This document shows, one piece after another, positions 1-13,363 of a DNA stretch of 64,000 nt. Source of the DNA: Eledone cirrhosa. Its lineage: Eukaryota. The translations under genes were made by a program, and so were the position numbers. Position 1 is the first letter of the stretch; every line of letters starts with the position of its first letter. A model generated the notes under the pieces. That model had not been told where the DNA came from and did not search any database. It saw only the letters and a program-made list of their open reading frames with translations. Where the stretch lies: positions 340,442,001-340,506,000 of the forward strand of contig OZ024743.1 in NCBI GenBank assembly GCA_964016885.1, in the 5' to 3' direction.

Positions 1-250
1 ATTTAGATCAGGATACAGAAATTAGGTGGGAGGGGGGGGGGAGGAGGGTCAGTATTTAACGGTTTCGGCAGACTGCCTATTTATAAATGTATCTATAAAC
101 TTAGAAATAAAAAGAAAAGAAAAAGAAAAAAGAAAAAAGAAATATATCAAGAAAATATATATATATATATATATATATACATCCACACATACACACACAC
201 ACACACATATACATATACATATATATATACACATATATACACACATATAT
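1..250. repeat. Partial copy of the repeat at ~18870-19120 (reverse complement at ~21950-22101)
   Basis: atttagatcaggatacagaaattaggtggga…ttcggcagactgcctattta…aaagaaatatatcaagaaaa is near-identical to 18870-19020. 341-360 is also the reverse complement of 18058-18077. Confidence 0.9.
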
Positions 251-354
251 ATATATATATATACACATATATATACACATATATATGTATATATGTGTAG
301 ATATATACATATATATATGTATATATGTGATATATATATATTGGTAGATTTATC

Positions 355-403
<49 letters not shown>

Positions 404-981
404 GAGGAGAGAGAACTGAAATTATAACTGACATTAAGCAGTTCAAAAGACGAAATGTTGAGGAAAAAGAGAACATAAAAGATCTGATCGGAGGACTTCC
501 AAGTAACTGTGTAGTCTGAAGAAGGAGAAGGCTACGAGGTCCCAGTTCATAAGAGACACATAGAGGTTCAACAAAATTATGCTGGGTGAGAAAGATCTAA
601 AAGATTGATCAACTCAAAGACGTGGCACATCTCCTCAAAGAAAAACACAGTTAATCTCTTATTGTTCTGGCAAAAGATGAGCTGGAACTGTAATTCTAAG
701 AGGCAGCCTTGACATACATTCTTACGCTGAATCTCTATAAGAACTATATTAATTTTAGACGTGTCTCTGGAATGTTTAGTCACTTTCACGTTAATTTCAC
801 GAGCAGACTGTTCAGGTTGATCAATTCAATTGGAACATTCGTCGTCCGAATAAATGGAGGTCCAACACACACGCGGGCGCACGCACACACGCATGAAAAA
901 CACACACACGCAATATAAACATACACGCACACACATATATACAATACGGATGAAGTAGATGAAAAGATAGTGCTATGTAAG

Positions 982-1108
982 TACTAGACCACACGTTCAC
1001 TTAAAAACATCTTTTTAAAAATCATGTTTACTTAAAAATTTTTTTAAATAATTAAAATATACAAACATGTATAAGATGTAAAAGGAAATAGGAAGGCCAC
1101 CCCAACAC

Positions 1109-1152
<44 letters not shown>

Positions 1153-1275
1153 GTGTTGGGGTGGCCTTCCTATTTCCTTTTACATCTTATACATGTTTGT
1201 ATATTTTAATTATTTAAAAAAATTTTTAAGTAAACATGATTTTTAAAAGATGTTTTTAAGTGAACGTGTGGTCTA

Positions 1276-1278
<3 letters not shown>
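982..1278. repeat. Perfect palindrome centred on a (TA)n tract
   Basis: Arm tactagaccacacg…cccaacacatgta (982-~1113) and its exact reverse complement (~1148-1278), followed by another (TA)n. Confidence 0.95.
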
Positions 1279-1357
<79 letters not shown>

Positions 1358-1381
1358 ATATCATATATATATATATATATC

Positions 1382-1427
<46 letters not shown>

Positions 1428-1503
1428 ATATTATATATATATATATATACATGTATATATCATATATACATATATATATAGGATATATATATGTATATAT
1501 ATA

Positions 1504-2599
1504 TAGTAATAATAATACATTTGAAGACTAAAATCCAAAGAGGGCTCGATAAGGATAAATATATATAAAATATATAAGAACCGTAGAGCAAATATTTATT
1601 AAAATAACAGATTAAGTTTAAGCAAAGAATCGCTGCTTTCACCCTTAACGGGATCTTCTGAAACTAAAAAAGTCAACCTGTGAACGCAGAAGTAAATATT
1701 TCACACCATTAGCTAAGATCTTTCTCTCTCTTATTATGAAGCATTTCCCCCAGCACATAAATATAGTAACATTTTTAATAGATATACCATTAAAATTTCT
1801 TACTCTACGACTCCTAACCTTGCACATAACATCACAGCTTCAAATTTAGCTAAACTACCTAGCCGTAGGAACACGTGCAACCCTGTAGCTAGTACTAACT
1901 GTAATTGTAGGAATCGGGTTGACAGCCCCCTATCCGTGAAATACCTCTCTAGTAACATTGTCTTCAAATGTAAGGTTGAAACACCCACGTCCCGTAGGGC
2001 CTACAAAGGGTTAACCGCCAATAGATTTAAGCAGCGTCTTTACATGCATACCCATTCTTTTCGTTACTCTTTAAGCTTTCAGCTTATATCTGGAGTCTAA
2101 AAGACAACCACACCCAATATAAGTTACACTGGGAGATCCTAGCTAAGGCTAGATCGTATAACGGAAATAAAAGACCATGTGACCTCTGCGCTGCTGAGGC
2201 CCTGGAAATACTCTACGCCAAAGACCACATCTTAAACAAAAAATCTGAGGCATTTTCGGCTTGTAAACATAAATTGCACAAAACTTTCCCGTATTACAGC
2301 CCCACATTATACTCTAACGGATAGTACGAACTATACGCGGATATTTTACGTCTTGATGTGGTAGCTAAGTATATGTTATGTTTATACCACTTATTTGTAT
2401 AGGTAAGTATATATTACCTGTATGTTTTGTGAAGGGAACGTTTCCACGAACCAAAGTATCGTCTTCCTGTCTTCCTCCGGTTACAACGTTTTTTGAAATA
2501 TTTACTTCTGCGTTCACAGATTGACTTTTTTAGTTTCAGAAGATCCCGTTAAGGGTGAAAGCAGCGATTCTTTGCTCAAACTTTAATCTGTTATTTTAA

Positions 2600-2603
<4 letters not shown>
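1504..2603 (+). mobile_element. 5'-truncated Penelope-like element (decayed GIY-YIG) with inverted pLTR
   Basis: 1790-2290 translates, with lesions, to IKISYSTTPNL…CNCRNRVDSPL…VFKCKVETPTSRRAYKGLTANRFKQRLYMH, a PLE linker plus GIY-YIG. About 1592-1703 is the reverse complement of ~2494-2603. (TA)n lies on both sides. Confidence 0.8.
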
Positions 2604-2630
<27 letters not shown>

Positions 2631-2634
<4 letters not shown>

Positions 2635-2768
2635 GTAGAACACTGGAGGGTAATATTCGTAGTAGTAGAGCACTCAGTCCATGGGACGAATTTGGTAGAA
2701 GTAGGAACACAACAGTTAGTTCACCATACTGAGAACAATTGTTATACCTTGCGGATCTTCAGCTCGGA

Positions 2769-2771
<3 letters not shown>
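2631..2771 (-). mobile_element. Solo pLTR fragment with a decayed HHR-like motif
   Basis: The minus strand reads gag CTGAAGA tccgcaaggt ATAAC AATT GTT ctc (GAAAC decayed), followed by actgagtgctct. Flanked by (TA)n. Confidence 0.5.
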
Positions 2772-2839
<68 letters not shown>

Positions 2840-2849
2840 ATATATATAT

Positions 2850-3760
2850 TAGAGAGTTAAACAAGTTTCAATGAGTATATCAAAGAATGAGTTTTACAGT
2901 AGATTGGAACCACTCTACGGAAAAAATAATTTTCCAGAGTTATTATTATTAAAATACAAATATTATTAAAATAGATTTTCTTTTGATCAATTACATTTTA
3001 TTATACATATTGCGGAGGTACAACAGTACGTCCTCATCAGACAAAATATAATGATACATGACATACCCTGAGATGTTAAATGGTTAAGATTTAATCAAGA
3101 TAGTGATTAACCTAAGAGAAAATTCAACATTTATACCCTAATAATGAGAAAATGCGAAAACGTAATAAATTCAATAGAGAATGTGTGAGTAAGAAAAACG
3201 TTGGTTAATGTGACAGCTATAGAGATTTTAAAATGTAGGATTGTACACGTTATGTTTATCTAGGAAACATCTCATGAATTATAACAGTCAATGAGGGCCG
3301 CTGAAAGGGGATTTAGAGAGAGGGAAAGATAAAGGGGGGTAATATATGCAGAAAGGGATTTTTTCAAAAAGCTAAACGGTTAAGTTTCAAAATTTTTTAA
3401 TTTATGTTATTTTAGGGTGAAGAATCAAGATTTTAGGTTTTTTTAAAAGTTGCTGGTTATTTATATTTATTAGTTTTATAAATTCTATAAGTGTGTTAAC
3501 ATTTCTAAAATTCTGAATTTTATGAGGATAATATTTAAAGGATTTACCTGGCCAGCGAAAGGAAAATTTACACTGTTGAATATTTTCCTAAATGTAAACT
3601 TTAACGAAGATAATCTATAAAAATGTCAACATTTTCGGTATGTAAAGCTTATGAAGTACTTATTGTTAGAAATATTTAAATAACGATTATGTATATAGAT
3701 ATATATTAATGAGCCAGTATATTTTAGGTAAATGATAACGAATATAAAGTAATAGATTGA
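2850..3760 (-). mobile_element. PLE 3'UTR/pLTR remnant with a decayed HHR (2995-3047)
   Basis: The minus strand reads attttgt CTGATGA ggacgtac tgtt gtacctcc GCAAT ATGT ATA ataaaat (GAAA>GCAA), the same layout as the intact HHRs at 53293 and 58091. Confidence 0.55.
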
Positions 3761-4060
3761 AGCATGCTAAAGTTAAATAGATACCTATATATATATAACA
3801 GGGTGTAAATGCATGAATTATTCATAGTTCAAAATAAATAATAATCTAGAAATTTAGAAGTTATCTAAAAATTATCTATAGAGAGATACAGGGAGGTATA
3901 TATAGATATATATTAGGTATTAGTGATACAGTATACTTTAGGTAAATGATTATTTCTTCTATAGATAGTTATAAGATAATGCAATATTAAAGGCCATTAA
4001 TGTTTTTCCCTGTTGATTATATACGTCTTGTATACGGCACGTATACAACTCAGCCACACG

Positions 4061-4128
4061 CCTTCACGCGTGGTTGAGTGGTTAGAGAATTGGACTCTCA
4101 ATTGTGAGATTGCGAGTTTGATTCTGGA

Positions 4129-4130
<2 letters not shown>
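4061..4130 (+). mobile_element. tRNA-derived SINE head, truncated by (CT)n
   Basis: A-box-like tggttgagtgg and B-box-like gtttgattc. Homologous to the reverse complement of 55135-55209. Confidence 0.65.
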
Positions 4131-4225
<95 letters not shown>

Positions 4226-4231
4226 AATCTA

Positions 4232-4440
4232 CTCTCTGACAACCACTATTTATGAAGGTACCCGGAAAAACCCCTTATCTCGGGAACCCGTACTCCGATT
4301 TACGCGAAACTTGTTTTATTCCATTTGTATTCCCATATCACGGGCAACTTCCTTTCAAAGTATTTTCCCATTATGCGCTGTTTTGGCTGTATTAAATTAT
4401 AGACAAGCACACAATCACAGAGTTTTAGTAGTATATAGAT
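4232..4440 (-). mobile_element. Possible non-autonomous Helitron-like 5' end
   Basis: The minus strand starts tctatatactactaaaactc, which resembles TC-initiated Helitron 5' termini. No 3' hairpin or CTRR end was identified. Confidence 0.3.
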
Positions 4441-4724
4441 AGATAGAAGCAAAATTAACAGCATCACTTATTTCATCATCTGTGGATCTAGTTTGACCCA
4501 TAAACAGCTACGAAAGATTATTTTACTTTAAGTATATATATGGGTCTGAACTGATAATATACATAGTAGCACATTCTTTTATATATCGATAATGGTCTAT
4601 GTTGGCATATACACAATTTTAACTGCATAGACATTTATATCATCTGTTAAGCTATTTTGATATAAAGTTATTCTGAAATACTTTATTTCATTCGAGTATG
4701 ACCAGAAGTTTATTAATAGAACAT

Positions 4725-4830
4725 ATACAAAGTTCATCGGCTGACCAAAATAATCCTAGGGAATGTGAGTAAATGAGGTTTAATTTTCAACATAGTTCCC
4801 TTTGCGGCCCACATACTTCTTCCAATACAC
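4725..4830 (+). mobile_element. Possible Tc1/mariner terminal fragment
   Basis: ttttcaacatagttccctttgcggcccacatacttcttccaat resembles mariner subterminal sequence. Recognised from memory only. Confidence 0.3.
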
Positions 4831-5789
4831 ATGCTTAGTAACGCTAATGTGTGTAATATGATTACATATGTAGTTAACGATTCCCCACTCTTTTATATTG
4901 TATTCTATTTCGTTTTATTATTCCATTTAATCTTTTACTGGTTTCATTCATTTAAATTCGGCCATGCTACGGTACCACCGTTAAAGGTTTGTTTGATTGT
5001 ATCGGCTCCAGTATTCATTTTAATCCTGGTACTTACTTCATCGATCACAATTCGTCGAATTGCTAGGTTACAAGCCACGGAACTTTGTTGAGGAAACCCC
5101 ACCTATATTTAGCAGGTAGCATCAAGCCTCCTCCACTAGTTACTGCTCCTTAATTGCAAGGGTTGTGATGTTCTAGGATACAATTGTTACGTTGTGCTCC
5201 CTTCCGAACACTTTAGGGTATCGGGATATGCAATCTTTGTGTGTCCATCACAGGCCCATCGTCAGTTTTTACAGCATGAGATGGAGACTACAATATATTT
5301 TCTTGAACAGGTCCATCTACCTAAGGCCTGAACGCGCACCTTGTCAACCCGCACGAAGCATGATGCAGTATGATTCTTTTTAGAGGTTTTATTCGCGCGA
5401 GTCAGCAATCTACTTTTCCCAGACCCGCGAAGAGTAGGCTTTATTTAGATGCTGCCTTCCGTTACCTCGTCGAGCTACATCACCAGATTGTGAGAGGTTT
5501 CTTGGGAGCTAAAGGTGTCACCCATTGCTTCATCTCCCTTAGTAGTTTACCGCTGTTGGTCTGGGGCTGCTTATTCGTCCGGCAGGTGTCCACTTATATC
5601 ACAACTAACCATCACATCTGGTACTCGTATCTCTATTCGCCACGTGCAACCCATTCTCTAGCAGAACCGTTCTGCCGAAAGACATTACTATATATTTAGG
5701 TTTATTTAGTTAGCTTCAAAACTTACACATTCTTCTTTGCTTTCGCCATCGCTTGGAAAAGAATCTGAAATTTCAAATTCTTTTATAAA

Positions 5790-6420
5790 CCACATAGATG
5801 TTTCGACGAAATGTTTTCAAACCAAAGTAATATCTCTTCTTCATCCATCTATTCCTTTTGACACAAATGAACATAAATACCGTTGGGTACATTTTCGTCA
5901 GGTATTGTTTTTATTTGAAAATTTACAATTTAAGTTGTTTACGCGATGTTAATATCACTGCATAATGCATTTTCTCGTGTCTTAGCAGCAATAGTTGCAA
6001 TACGCCTTATATCTAAAGTCTTATTGCTTGGAATATCAAAAGAGTTTCATCTTTGCTTGGTATCTGGGACAATTCAAAAGAAATTTTTTCTTAACTCGAA
6101 AGTATACTTGTGAAAATCTCAAACACATTGGGTACTTTTGAGAAGTTTGGTTTTAGTTCTCTTTATTTTGAGTTTCATGGAACGATAATGCTATGATGTA
6201 TGATCAGTAAAATCCTTCACATTATTATCACTCGCAATCTTCTTTGCTTTAAAAATGATCATATTTGTAGAAACAGAAATCCCTCGCCTTCTCTGAGCTA
6301 CAAACCAAACACAAAGTTTATTTTCAAGATCATGCAATTTTTATTTTTCTCCCTCGGAAATTGTGTTTATCACATTTAATTGTTTTCAATTTTTCTTCTT
6401 GATCGCGCCAAGAACGAATT
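5790..6420 (-). pseudogene. Degenerate pogo/Tigger-family transposase (CENP-B HTH plus DDE_1)
   Basis: Minus-strand pieces read LHDLENKLCVWFVAQRRRGISVSTNMIIFKAKKIA (CENP-B-type HTH), DET..FDIPSNKTLDIR and IPDENVPNGIYVHLCQKE*MDEEEILLWFENI (pogo DDE_1 motifs), with stops and frameshifts. Confidence 0.8.
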
Positions 6421-6733
6421 ATTTTCTCCGTTGGTAGAGGGCCAAAATATATTTCGGCTGCTGTATTTTTATGATCTTTTGCATAATTTAGACATCATAA
6501 AGGGTGAAAAAAATATGACGGAAAACGAAGAAAACTATCTTGCTTCCTTTGTTTGTGTGGTTTCTACATATTTACAAATGTTAGCATTCGTTTCTTTTTC
6601 AAATTCGTAAACAGTTACGTTTTTTAGAAGAAAAATATCTATATTGATATTAATAGGGTATTAAGATAAACTAAACTGTGCATTCTTATTCAAATATGTA
6701 TATATATGTATATACGTACATGCACGCACACAA

Positions 6734-6851
<118 letters not shown>

Positions 6852-7384
6852 GGTTTGTGTACACTGTATTGGTATTATTACACTCATACCATCAGTATAT
6901 AGGATGCAAGCAGATTTTGGCAACATATATCTCCAAACATTATCATTGTTGAAGAGGCTTACCCAATTATGAACCATGTTGTGGTGAAACAAGCTTCTCG
7001 ACTCCACCTGCATATAGCATTTTACATTAACTTATCTAATTCGTCCTTCCTCTTTTAAAGCCGGAGGGTGAGAATTGAGGGAGATTTGGTTGCCATATCC
7101 AGTCGGTATGACGACGAGTTAGAGGTTCACTCATCGGATATCTCATATTTCCTCGTGTGATTCTTTTATGATAACGGTCTTCTTTTATTTTTATCTGATT
7201 TTCCACATCTCGTTCATCTTTCGATTTCATTGGTTTTGTACTTGGAAATTACTTATTAAATTGTTCGAATATTAGTCTACGACTTCTTTTATACCATAAA
7301 CGTGGTCCTGTCTTTGCGTGTAATTGTTTTTCACTGCTCCAAATAATGACGTATTATATTCGTTTTTTCCCGTTCTTTGCCAGG

Positions 7385-7546
7385 GAACGTTACCACGAAC
7401 CAAAGTATCGTCTTCCCGTCTTCCTCCGGTTGCAAAGTTTTTTGAAATATTCACTTCTGCATATACAGATTGACTTTGTTTGTTTCAGAAGATCCCGTTA
7501 AGGGTGAAAGCAGCGATTCTTTGCTTAAACTTTAATCCATTATTTT

Positions 7547-7550
<4 letters not shown>
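7385..7550 (+). mobile_element. pLTR copy of the 1504-2603 family
   Basis: gggaacgttaccacgaaccaaagtatcg…cagaagatcccgttaagggtgaaagcagcgattc matches 2434-2600. Another copy lies on the minus strand at ~57312-57465. Confidence 0.85.
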
Positions 7551-7582
<32 letters not shown>

Positions 7583-7802
7583 AATTTCTATACTTTTCAT
7601 TTATATATATATATATATAGAGAGAGAGAGACTCTCGTTATTACCTGTAAATTATATGCTCAAAGGAAATATGTTCTTTAAAATACAATATATTGAAAGA
7701 GTAACACACTAGAGAGAGGGAGAGAGAGAGCGAGGGAGAGAGAGAGAGATCGTGTGCCATCAATAAAACAGGAAAAACCACCAGTGTATGGAATCTATAT
7801 AT

Positions 7803-8002
7803 ATATAACAAAGGAATTGTGGTAAGGAACCAGATGGACCATAACGCACCAGAGTACTCAATACTTAGGGTAGTAGAGTGGGAAATAGAAAAAACTATGA
7901 CCCCGACGGCAGATCTCAAGCCGTTTCGACGGCTATTTCTGGACAGAAATAGCCGTCGAAACGGCTTGAGCTCTGCCGTCGGGGGTCATACTTTTTCCTA
8001 TA
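7803..8002. mobile_element. Fold-back pLTR fragment (hairpin centred at 7941-7944)
   Basis: Arms 7885-7940 and 7945-8002 are reverse complements. The left arm extends further, to the (TA) tract at ~7800. A second copy lies at 38730-38923. Confidence 0.75.
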
Positions 8003-8166
8003 TATATATACACTAATCAGATGTAGAAAGATGAATGGAGACGGAATGAGGGTGTGAGGTTAATATCGAGACCACAATAACAGGTAGAAGGTAATCATTT
8101 TTATATTGTCCCGATTTACTGAGGATTTACTTTTAGAGAAAGAAGGAAAAATGAATGAAACAATGA

Positions 8167-8248
<82 letters not shown>

Positions 8249-8489
8249 TAGATAGATAATTTTTTTATTAGCCACAAGGGCACAAAAGAAGGGGACAAAT
8301 ACAAATGGGGAGTTTACATACAGGTATAGGAAAATAAAACTATTAATAAAATAACAAATAACAATTGAAATCCCCAATAGGGGGGAGGCGTTATACAGGG
8401 GTTGTACACATCCCGAAAAAATGTACAACCCTCATCTCCAGGAGCACCAAGAGTGAGTACTCCCTTCCTCTCTTCCTCTTTTTCCTCAA

Positions 8490-11060
8490 CCTACAGGCTT
8501 ATATAGAGAGAGGGCCCAACCACTCGGGCCATCTCTGCCACGTTCACCCACCTTTCATAAAATTTGCTGGGGTACAGCACCTCTCTCTCCGTGTCTGTAG
8601 AGCTTGTCTCGAACTTGTAGAGCTCCTCAGTAGCGCTGCCAGGCCAGGGACTTTTGGAAGTTGTCCGTCGGTCCCGTGCGGAGGGTCCTACCGAACAGAC
8701 TGGCGAGTTTGTCCTCCTCTACGCCCAGAGTTTCTCCGAGCGCGTCGTCGCACTTGCTGCGGACCAACCCTCTATAGAATGACGAAGTGGAGTCTCCACT
8801 GATCGCCTGGTCCGTTTGCCAGAGGACTGTGAGCGCCTGAGCACATTCGATGTGCCAGTCGCCCATTTTCCTCGGTCTTTGCTTGACCCAGGACTGCAGC
8901 TCGGTCAGCGAGACGAGTCGTGGGAAGGCTCGCCTCACGAATGGGGCCCACACCGGTTGTCCGGTGAGGAATACGTGGAGGTGCCGCAGCCTGAGCGCGT
9001 ATTTGCGCATCGTCAGCCAAGGTTTCTTCAACCTTCCGTTTGAAGGGTGCTGGCAGCAGATGGATCTTCTCACCAAAGGAGCCCGTTTTTTCCAAACGAA
9101 TTGGAACAGCGCACGCTCCATTTTGGTGAGCGTTTTGGCTGGACAAGGCACGACGGTGAGTACGTACAGAAGGGAGGAGAGAGGGCATCCCTGTCGGATG
9201 GATCGCGTGACACGGAACGGCTCCGAGAGGTAGCCGTTCACCTTGCCCCTTGAGCAGATGTTGCTGCTGTGCATTGTAGCAATCCAGCCCCTGAACACGG
9301 GTCCGAAGCCTGCCGCCTCGAGCACCGCATCCAGGTAACGATGGTCAACCCTATCGAAAGCCTAGGACTGATCCAAGTAGATCAGGGCCCCACCGAACCC
9401 GGGTTTACACCCTACCCTCTCTATGATGTATCGCATGAGGTGGAGGTTGTCGTGTATGGACCTGGTCGGGATTGCGCATGTCTGCGCTTCTCCCACCAGG
9501 TTTTCGACGACAAGCGCCAGCCTCTTTGCCAACGCCTTGGCCAGAATCTGTAACTGTGTTTAGCAGAGTTATAGGCCGGAAGTTGCATATGTCATTCCCC
9601 TTATTTTCGTCCTTCCTGACTAACGTGACTACAACCTTGGTCACAGAACTGCGAATTTTCCCGTTCTGCTGCCAGTTGCAGTAGACCGCTTCCAGGAGCC
9701 CGGAGAACAAGTCCGGCATTGCTACGTAAAATTCGTAGGGTAGACCGTCGAGATCTGGAGATTTGCGTTTGCCGCATTGGCTGAGAGCGTCCCCTATCTC
9801 AGCGGCCGAAATCGGCTTTTCGCAGACCTTCGCCTCGCTGTCCGAGAGTCACGCAGGCCGTCGAGGTATGGACTGAAATCCATACCCCCCCCCTGTCACG
9901 CCGCCCTGCCCGAACAGTTGAGCAAAGTGCCGCTGAAAGGCCGCGCACATCTGCTTCGGCTCACGTATCACGCGTCCATCTTGGTAATTCAAAGACCGAA
10001 TCGTGGACTTGTTGCCACTTTTCGCCTCTGTCACTCGGGCGCAGCTAACAGCTTTGGCTCCCTCGTTTCCCAGAGCACGTATTTTGCTCCTGACAACGCA
10101 GCCTTGGTGCTTTGCGTCGAAGAACTGGTCCAAGGCCGTTTTCGTCGCTAGCACGCTGGCTACGTTGCCACTCCTAAGTGCTTCTTCTACTTTATCTACC
10201 AGTTCCTTTTCGGTCTTATTTCTATCTACTAAAACGTATCGAGTCTAATCTGACTTCCCTCTTGAGAGAGTACCACCATCTGTTGTTGACAATGGCCCCC
10301 GTCAAGTGCTGCTTAACTAAAGTGCTAATCCGTCTACTGTAGGCTTTGGATGTCGGTAACAACAAGTTCAGCTTCCAGTATCCGGGTCCCTGTCTATGGG
10401 TTCTACCAAGGTTGACTAAGCAGGTCACTAGTTTGTGATCTGAATAGGCAACCATGAACATTTGTGGACAGCTTAACATGTCCCTATCACTAACTCTAAC
10501 TAGAAACCTATCTAGGTACGATCTACATGTTCCGCTATTATTGGTCCACGTCAACAGTGGCACAGTTGGAAAAATCTAGTCGATATCTATCGGCCAGTTG
10601 AAATCGACCGATTAACTGTTTGAGGCTGTTACACTCCCCTCTATCAGGACATGCTCCCATATAGTCCCAACGTGCATCTAGGATTCCATTCCCACATAGT
10701 CCCAACGTGCATCTAGGATTCCATTCCAGTCCCCCACTAACAGCAGGGAGCGGGACGTTCCCAGAAAATTCTCTAGACGTTTGAAGAAGTCTGGTTGCAG
10801 AGTATCGGATGGGGCATATGCGGCCACCAGCCTTCACTACCGTCAACGTCTAGGACCACCAGTTGACCCTCCGGATCCAGATGTACCGTCTGTGTTACGA
10901 GGTCCAGGTGTTTCCGCAGCAAAACGGCAACCCCGCCCCCACCTCCCGGCTGACAGAGAGATGCGTAGATCTCAAAGTCGTCGAAGATGGGGGCCAGTTG
11001 TCGCTCGTTGTGGATCCTGGACTCGCAAATGGCTACTACATCCATGCTGTGCGACCTGCA
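8490..11060 (-). pseudogene. Tx1-type ORF2 (APE endonuclease plus RT), frameshifted and deleted
   Basis: EN: ICESRI…VVLDV, GDWNGILD, SYLDRFLV, YSDHKLV, GPGYWKLN. RT: KSPDLDGLPYEFY, NFRPITLLN, LDQS*AFDRVDH, SIRQGCPLSSLLYVL. YADD is missing. Confidence 0.9.
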
Positions 11061-12729
11061 ATATTTTAAAAGGACGCGGTTAATGGGTTTAACGCAAGGA
11101 TTACCCACGTCCTTAGGAAAGTTTTTCTTTAAAGACTTATAGGTGCCCGTAGAGACCCTAATCATCTTTAAATTGAGTCTGTCTACACAGTTCGAAAAAG
11201 TTTTCCCTTCGGTGAAAACCGATGGGTCGTTGCAGATGACCTCCATTAAGGTTTTGTTTTCACTGTTTATGTATGTGTAATGTTCTTGTTGTGTTGTGTT
11301 GTGTTTGTTTTGTCTGTTGTTCTTGTGTGAGTTTTCGTTTTGTTGCAGGTTTTTGTGTTTGGAGTGTTGTCGCTTTGTTTTCAGGCGGGGGGATTTTCTT
11401 TGTAATGTTTGTGTTGGTGGTTGTGTGTTTGTTGCCTTTTTGTTCGTGTTATGTCTTTTCTTTTTCCTTTTGGAGCGGAGGGGTTCTCCCTCATCATCAC
11501 TGAGTGATGATGAGGGGGCCTCGTCCGTTGTGGTGTCTGTGTTATTCGGGAGGGGTACGTTTTGGGGAGCTGTTGTGCTTGTGGGTCTTTTTGGAGTAGT
11601 TTTAGGTGGGGAGGGGTTGGGTGGGACTGTGTTTGCGGTTTGGTTTGTTTTGGTTATTTTGTGTGTTGTTGTTGTTGTGGTGGTGGTGGTGGTTGTGTTG
11701 TTGTGTTAGGTGTCGGCAGTAGTACCTTTTTTATCGCAGTTAATTGAGGACAGGAAACCCTCAGTTGACCACTGCTTAAACAGTGGTAACATGAAGGCCG
11801 CCTACCCCCCAACAGAAATGTTTATGTAGGAAACTCCAGAGGCACACGGTGTGGGATTATAGCTATTCGTTCTGGCCTCATTTGGACCAGAACTTCTAAG
11901 CTAGTTCCGTTAAATATACTCCTGGAGGACTTTCCTACCGAAATTATTGTGTCTTCATCAAAGTTGATAAAGAGCCACTCAACATCCACCAGATATTTAC
12001 ATTTGGTGTAATACTCGTTACCCTTATTTCTTTGGTCCCTTTTCCCATATATGTGGGGAAAAAGGTGTAGAGGGGGGACACAATTGGCGACACAGAATAT
12101 TTCTGTGCCGTCAATTGGTCTTTCATTATTACCGATAAAATCCCGAAGAGTTTTCCCTTCTGTATGAAGGTAATATCCTTCATGGAGTTTCTTAGAACCA
12201 GCTCAGTTTCATTTTGAGTTAATTGAGCTGGTTTTCTAGTAGTGTTTGAGATTGTCCTGAAAACTATTGTTTTCAGGAGAGTTTCTCTACGCAATTCTTG
12301 GGGAGAAGTGATGCTAAAAGCACCATTCTCCCCAAAAGTTACGTATTGTTTGGCATCTCTTAGCAATTGTCTGGCATTAGAGATGTCAATCTGTGTATAT
12401 AGTTCCGTCTTTTGGACAGTTTGTGCGAACGAAATTGTTTCTTTTTTTGTGGAGTTGTTCTTGCTGGTGTTGTTGTCATCATTGTTTCTGTTGTTGGTGT
12501 TGTTGCTGGTGCCGCTGGTTGTGTTGTTTATGTTCATTGTTTCACACTTTTGGTTTTGGTTTGTTGCCATGGCAACGTCAAGTTGTTGGTCAGCAGGTGA
12601 TCAAAATCCTTCCTCTGGCTGACCTTTGTCTGAGACATCTGCTTCTATGACAGTGGAAGGGGGAAGCTGTAAGCATATCTTCCCCTTTCCTCCTTCGAAT
12701 GTTGGTGAAGAAGCTGTTGGTTCAGCCAT
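11060..12729 (-). pseudogene. Tx1-type ORF1 (gag-like), disrupted
   Basis: ATG at 12729 (MAEPTASS…), ORF 11944-12570, a zinc-knuckle remnant GGRRPSCYHCLSSGQLRVSCP at ~11750-11810 and a low-complexity P/T/N/Q tail. The C-terminus (KPINRVLLK) matches ORF1 of copy B. Confidence 0.75.
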
Positions 12730-12963
12730 TTTTTTTAAAAACATTACTTTTTCCAAAAGATTTTTTTAATGAACTATTTCGCCTAAAGGCATAGACTATT
12801 TTGAGAGACTGACCAGATCAAAATTTGACCTGGCAGTCCCTCTACAAATTGGCATAATAATGAAGGTTCACAGTCAAGAATTTCTATAGAAATTTAAGCA
12901 GAACTTACCCAGCAAGTTTCACGCGTGTGTCCATCCCAGAGATAGATAGATAGATAGAGATAG

Positions 12964-12998
<35 letters not shown>

Positions 12999-13311
12999 CA
13001 AAGAGAAAGAGAGAGAGAGTACGAAGGACAAGATGCATACATGTTGCGTTGAAGGTAATATAGAGTGTTCGATAGATACTATTGATGTAAGGTCAACGTA
13101 TTCCAGTTGGTGTTTCATTTAGCCTGTTGAATGGGGATTTGGATTCTACTACACCATTGTATAATGGTATAGGATTGCTCTTGCTTCGATCGATCAGAAC
13201 TTTACTCGTACACTATTTTATCGATCTCGGAAGTTGATCTCAGCATGATTTGAACTCAGAATCTATAACTGTAGCTATTTTGTTCGACATTCTATCGATT
13301 CTGCCATTCCA

Positions 13312-13363
<52 letters not shown>

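Larger units (their letters stand above)
8259..12938 (-). mobile_element. L1/Tx1-clade non-LTR retrotransposon, copy A (both ends and TSD present, internally deleted)
   Basis: Contains ORF1 and APE-endonuclease/RT ORF2 fragments. The 3' end reads aataaaaaaaatt. An 18-bp TSD gagatagatagatagata lies at 8241-8258 and 12939-12956. Confidence 0.92.

Noticed and set aside
420-830. Possible decayed LINE 3' coding fragment on the minus strand
   Set aside because: Only a vague resemblance (YSSS..ARTIRD); no convincing motif run.
5090-5700. More GC-balanced segment with ORFs 5192-5383 and 5370-5699
   Set aside because: No recognisable domain. Probably an old LINE UTR or repeat, but it cannot be classified by eye.
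11273-11747. Hydrophobic V/L/C-rich plus-strand ORFs resembling membrane proteins
   Set aside because: Antisense of the low-complexity CA-rich Tx1 ORF1 region.
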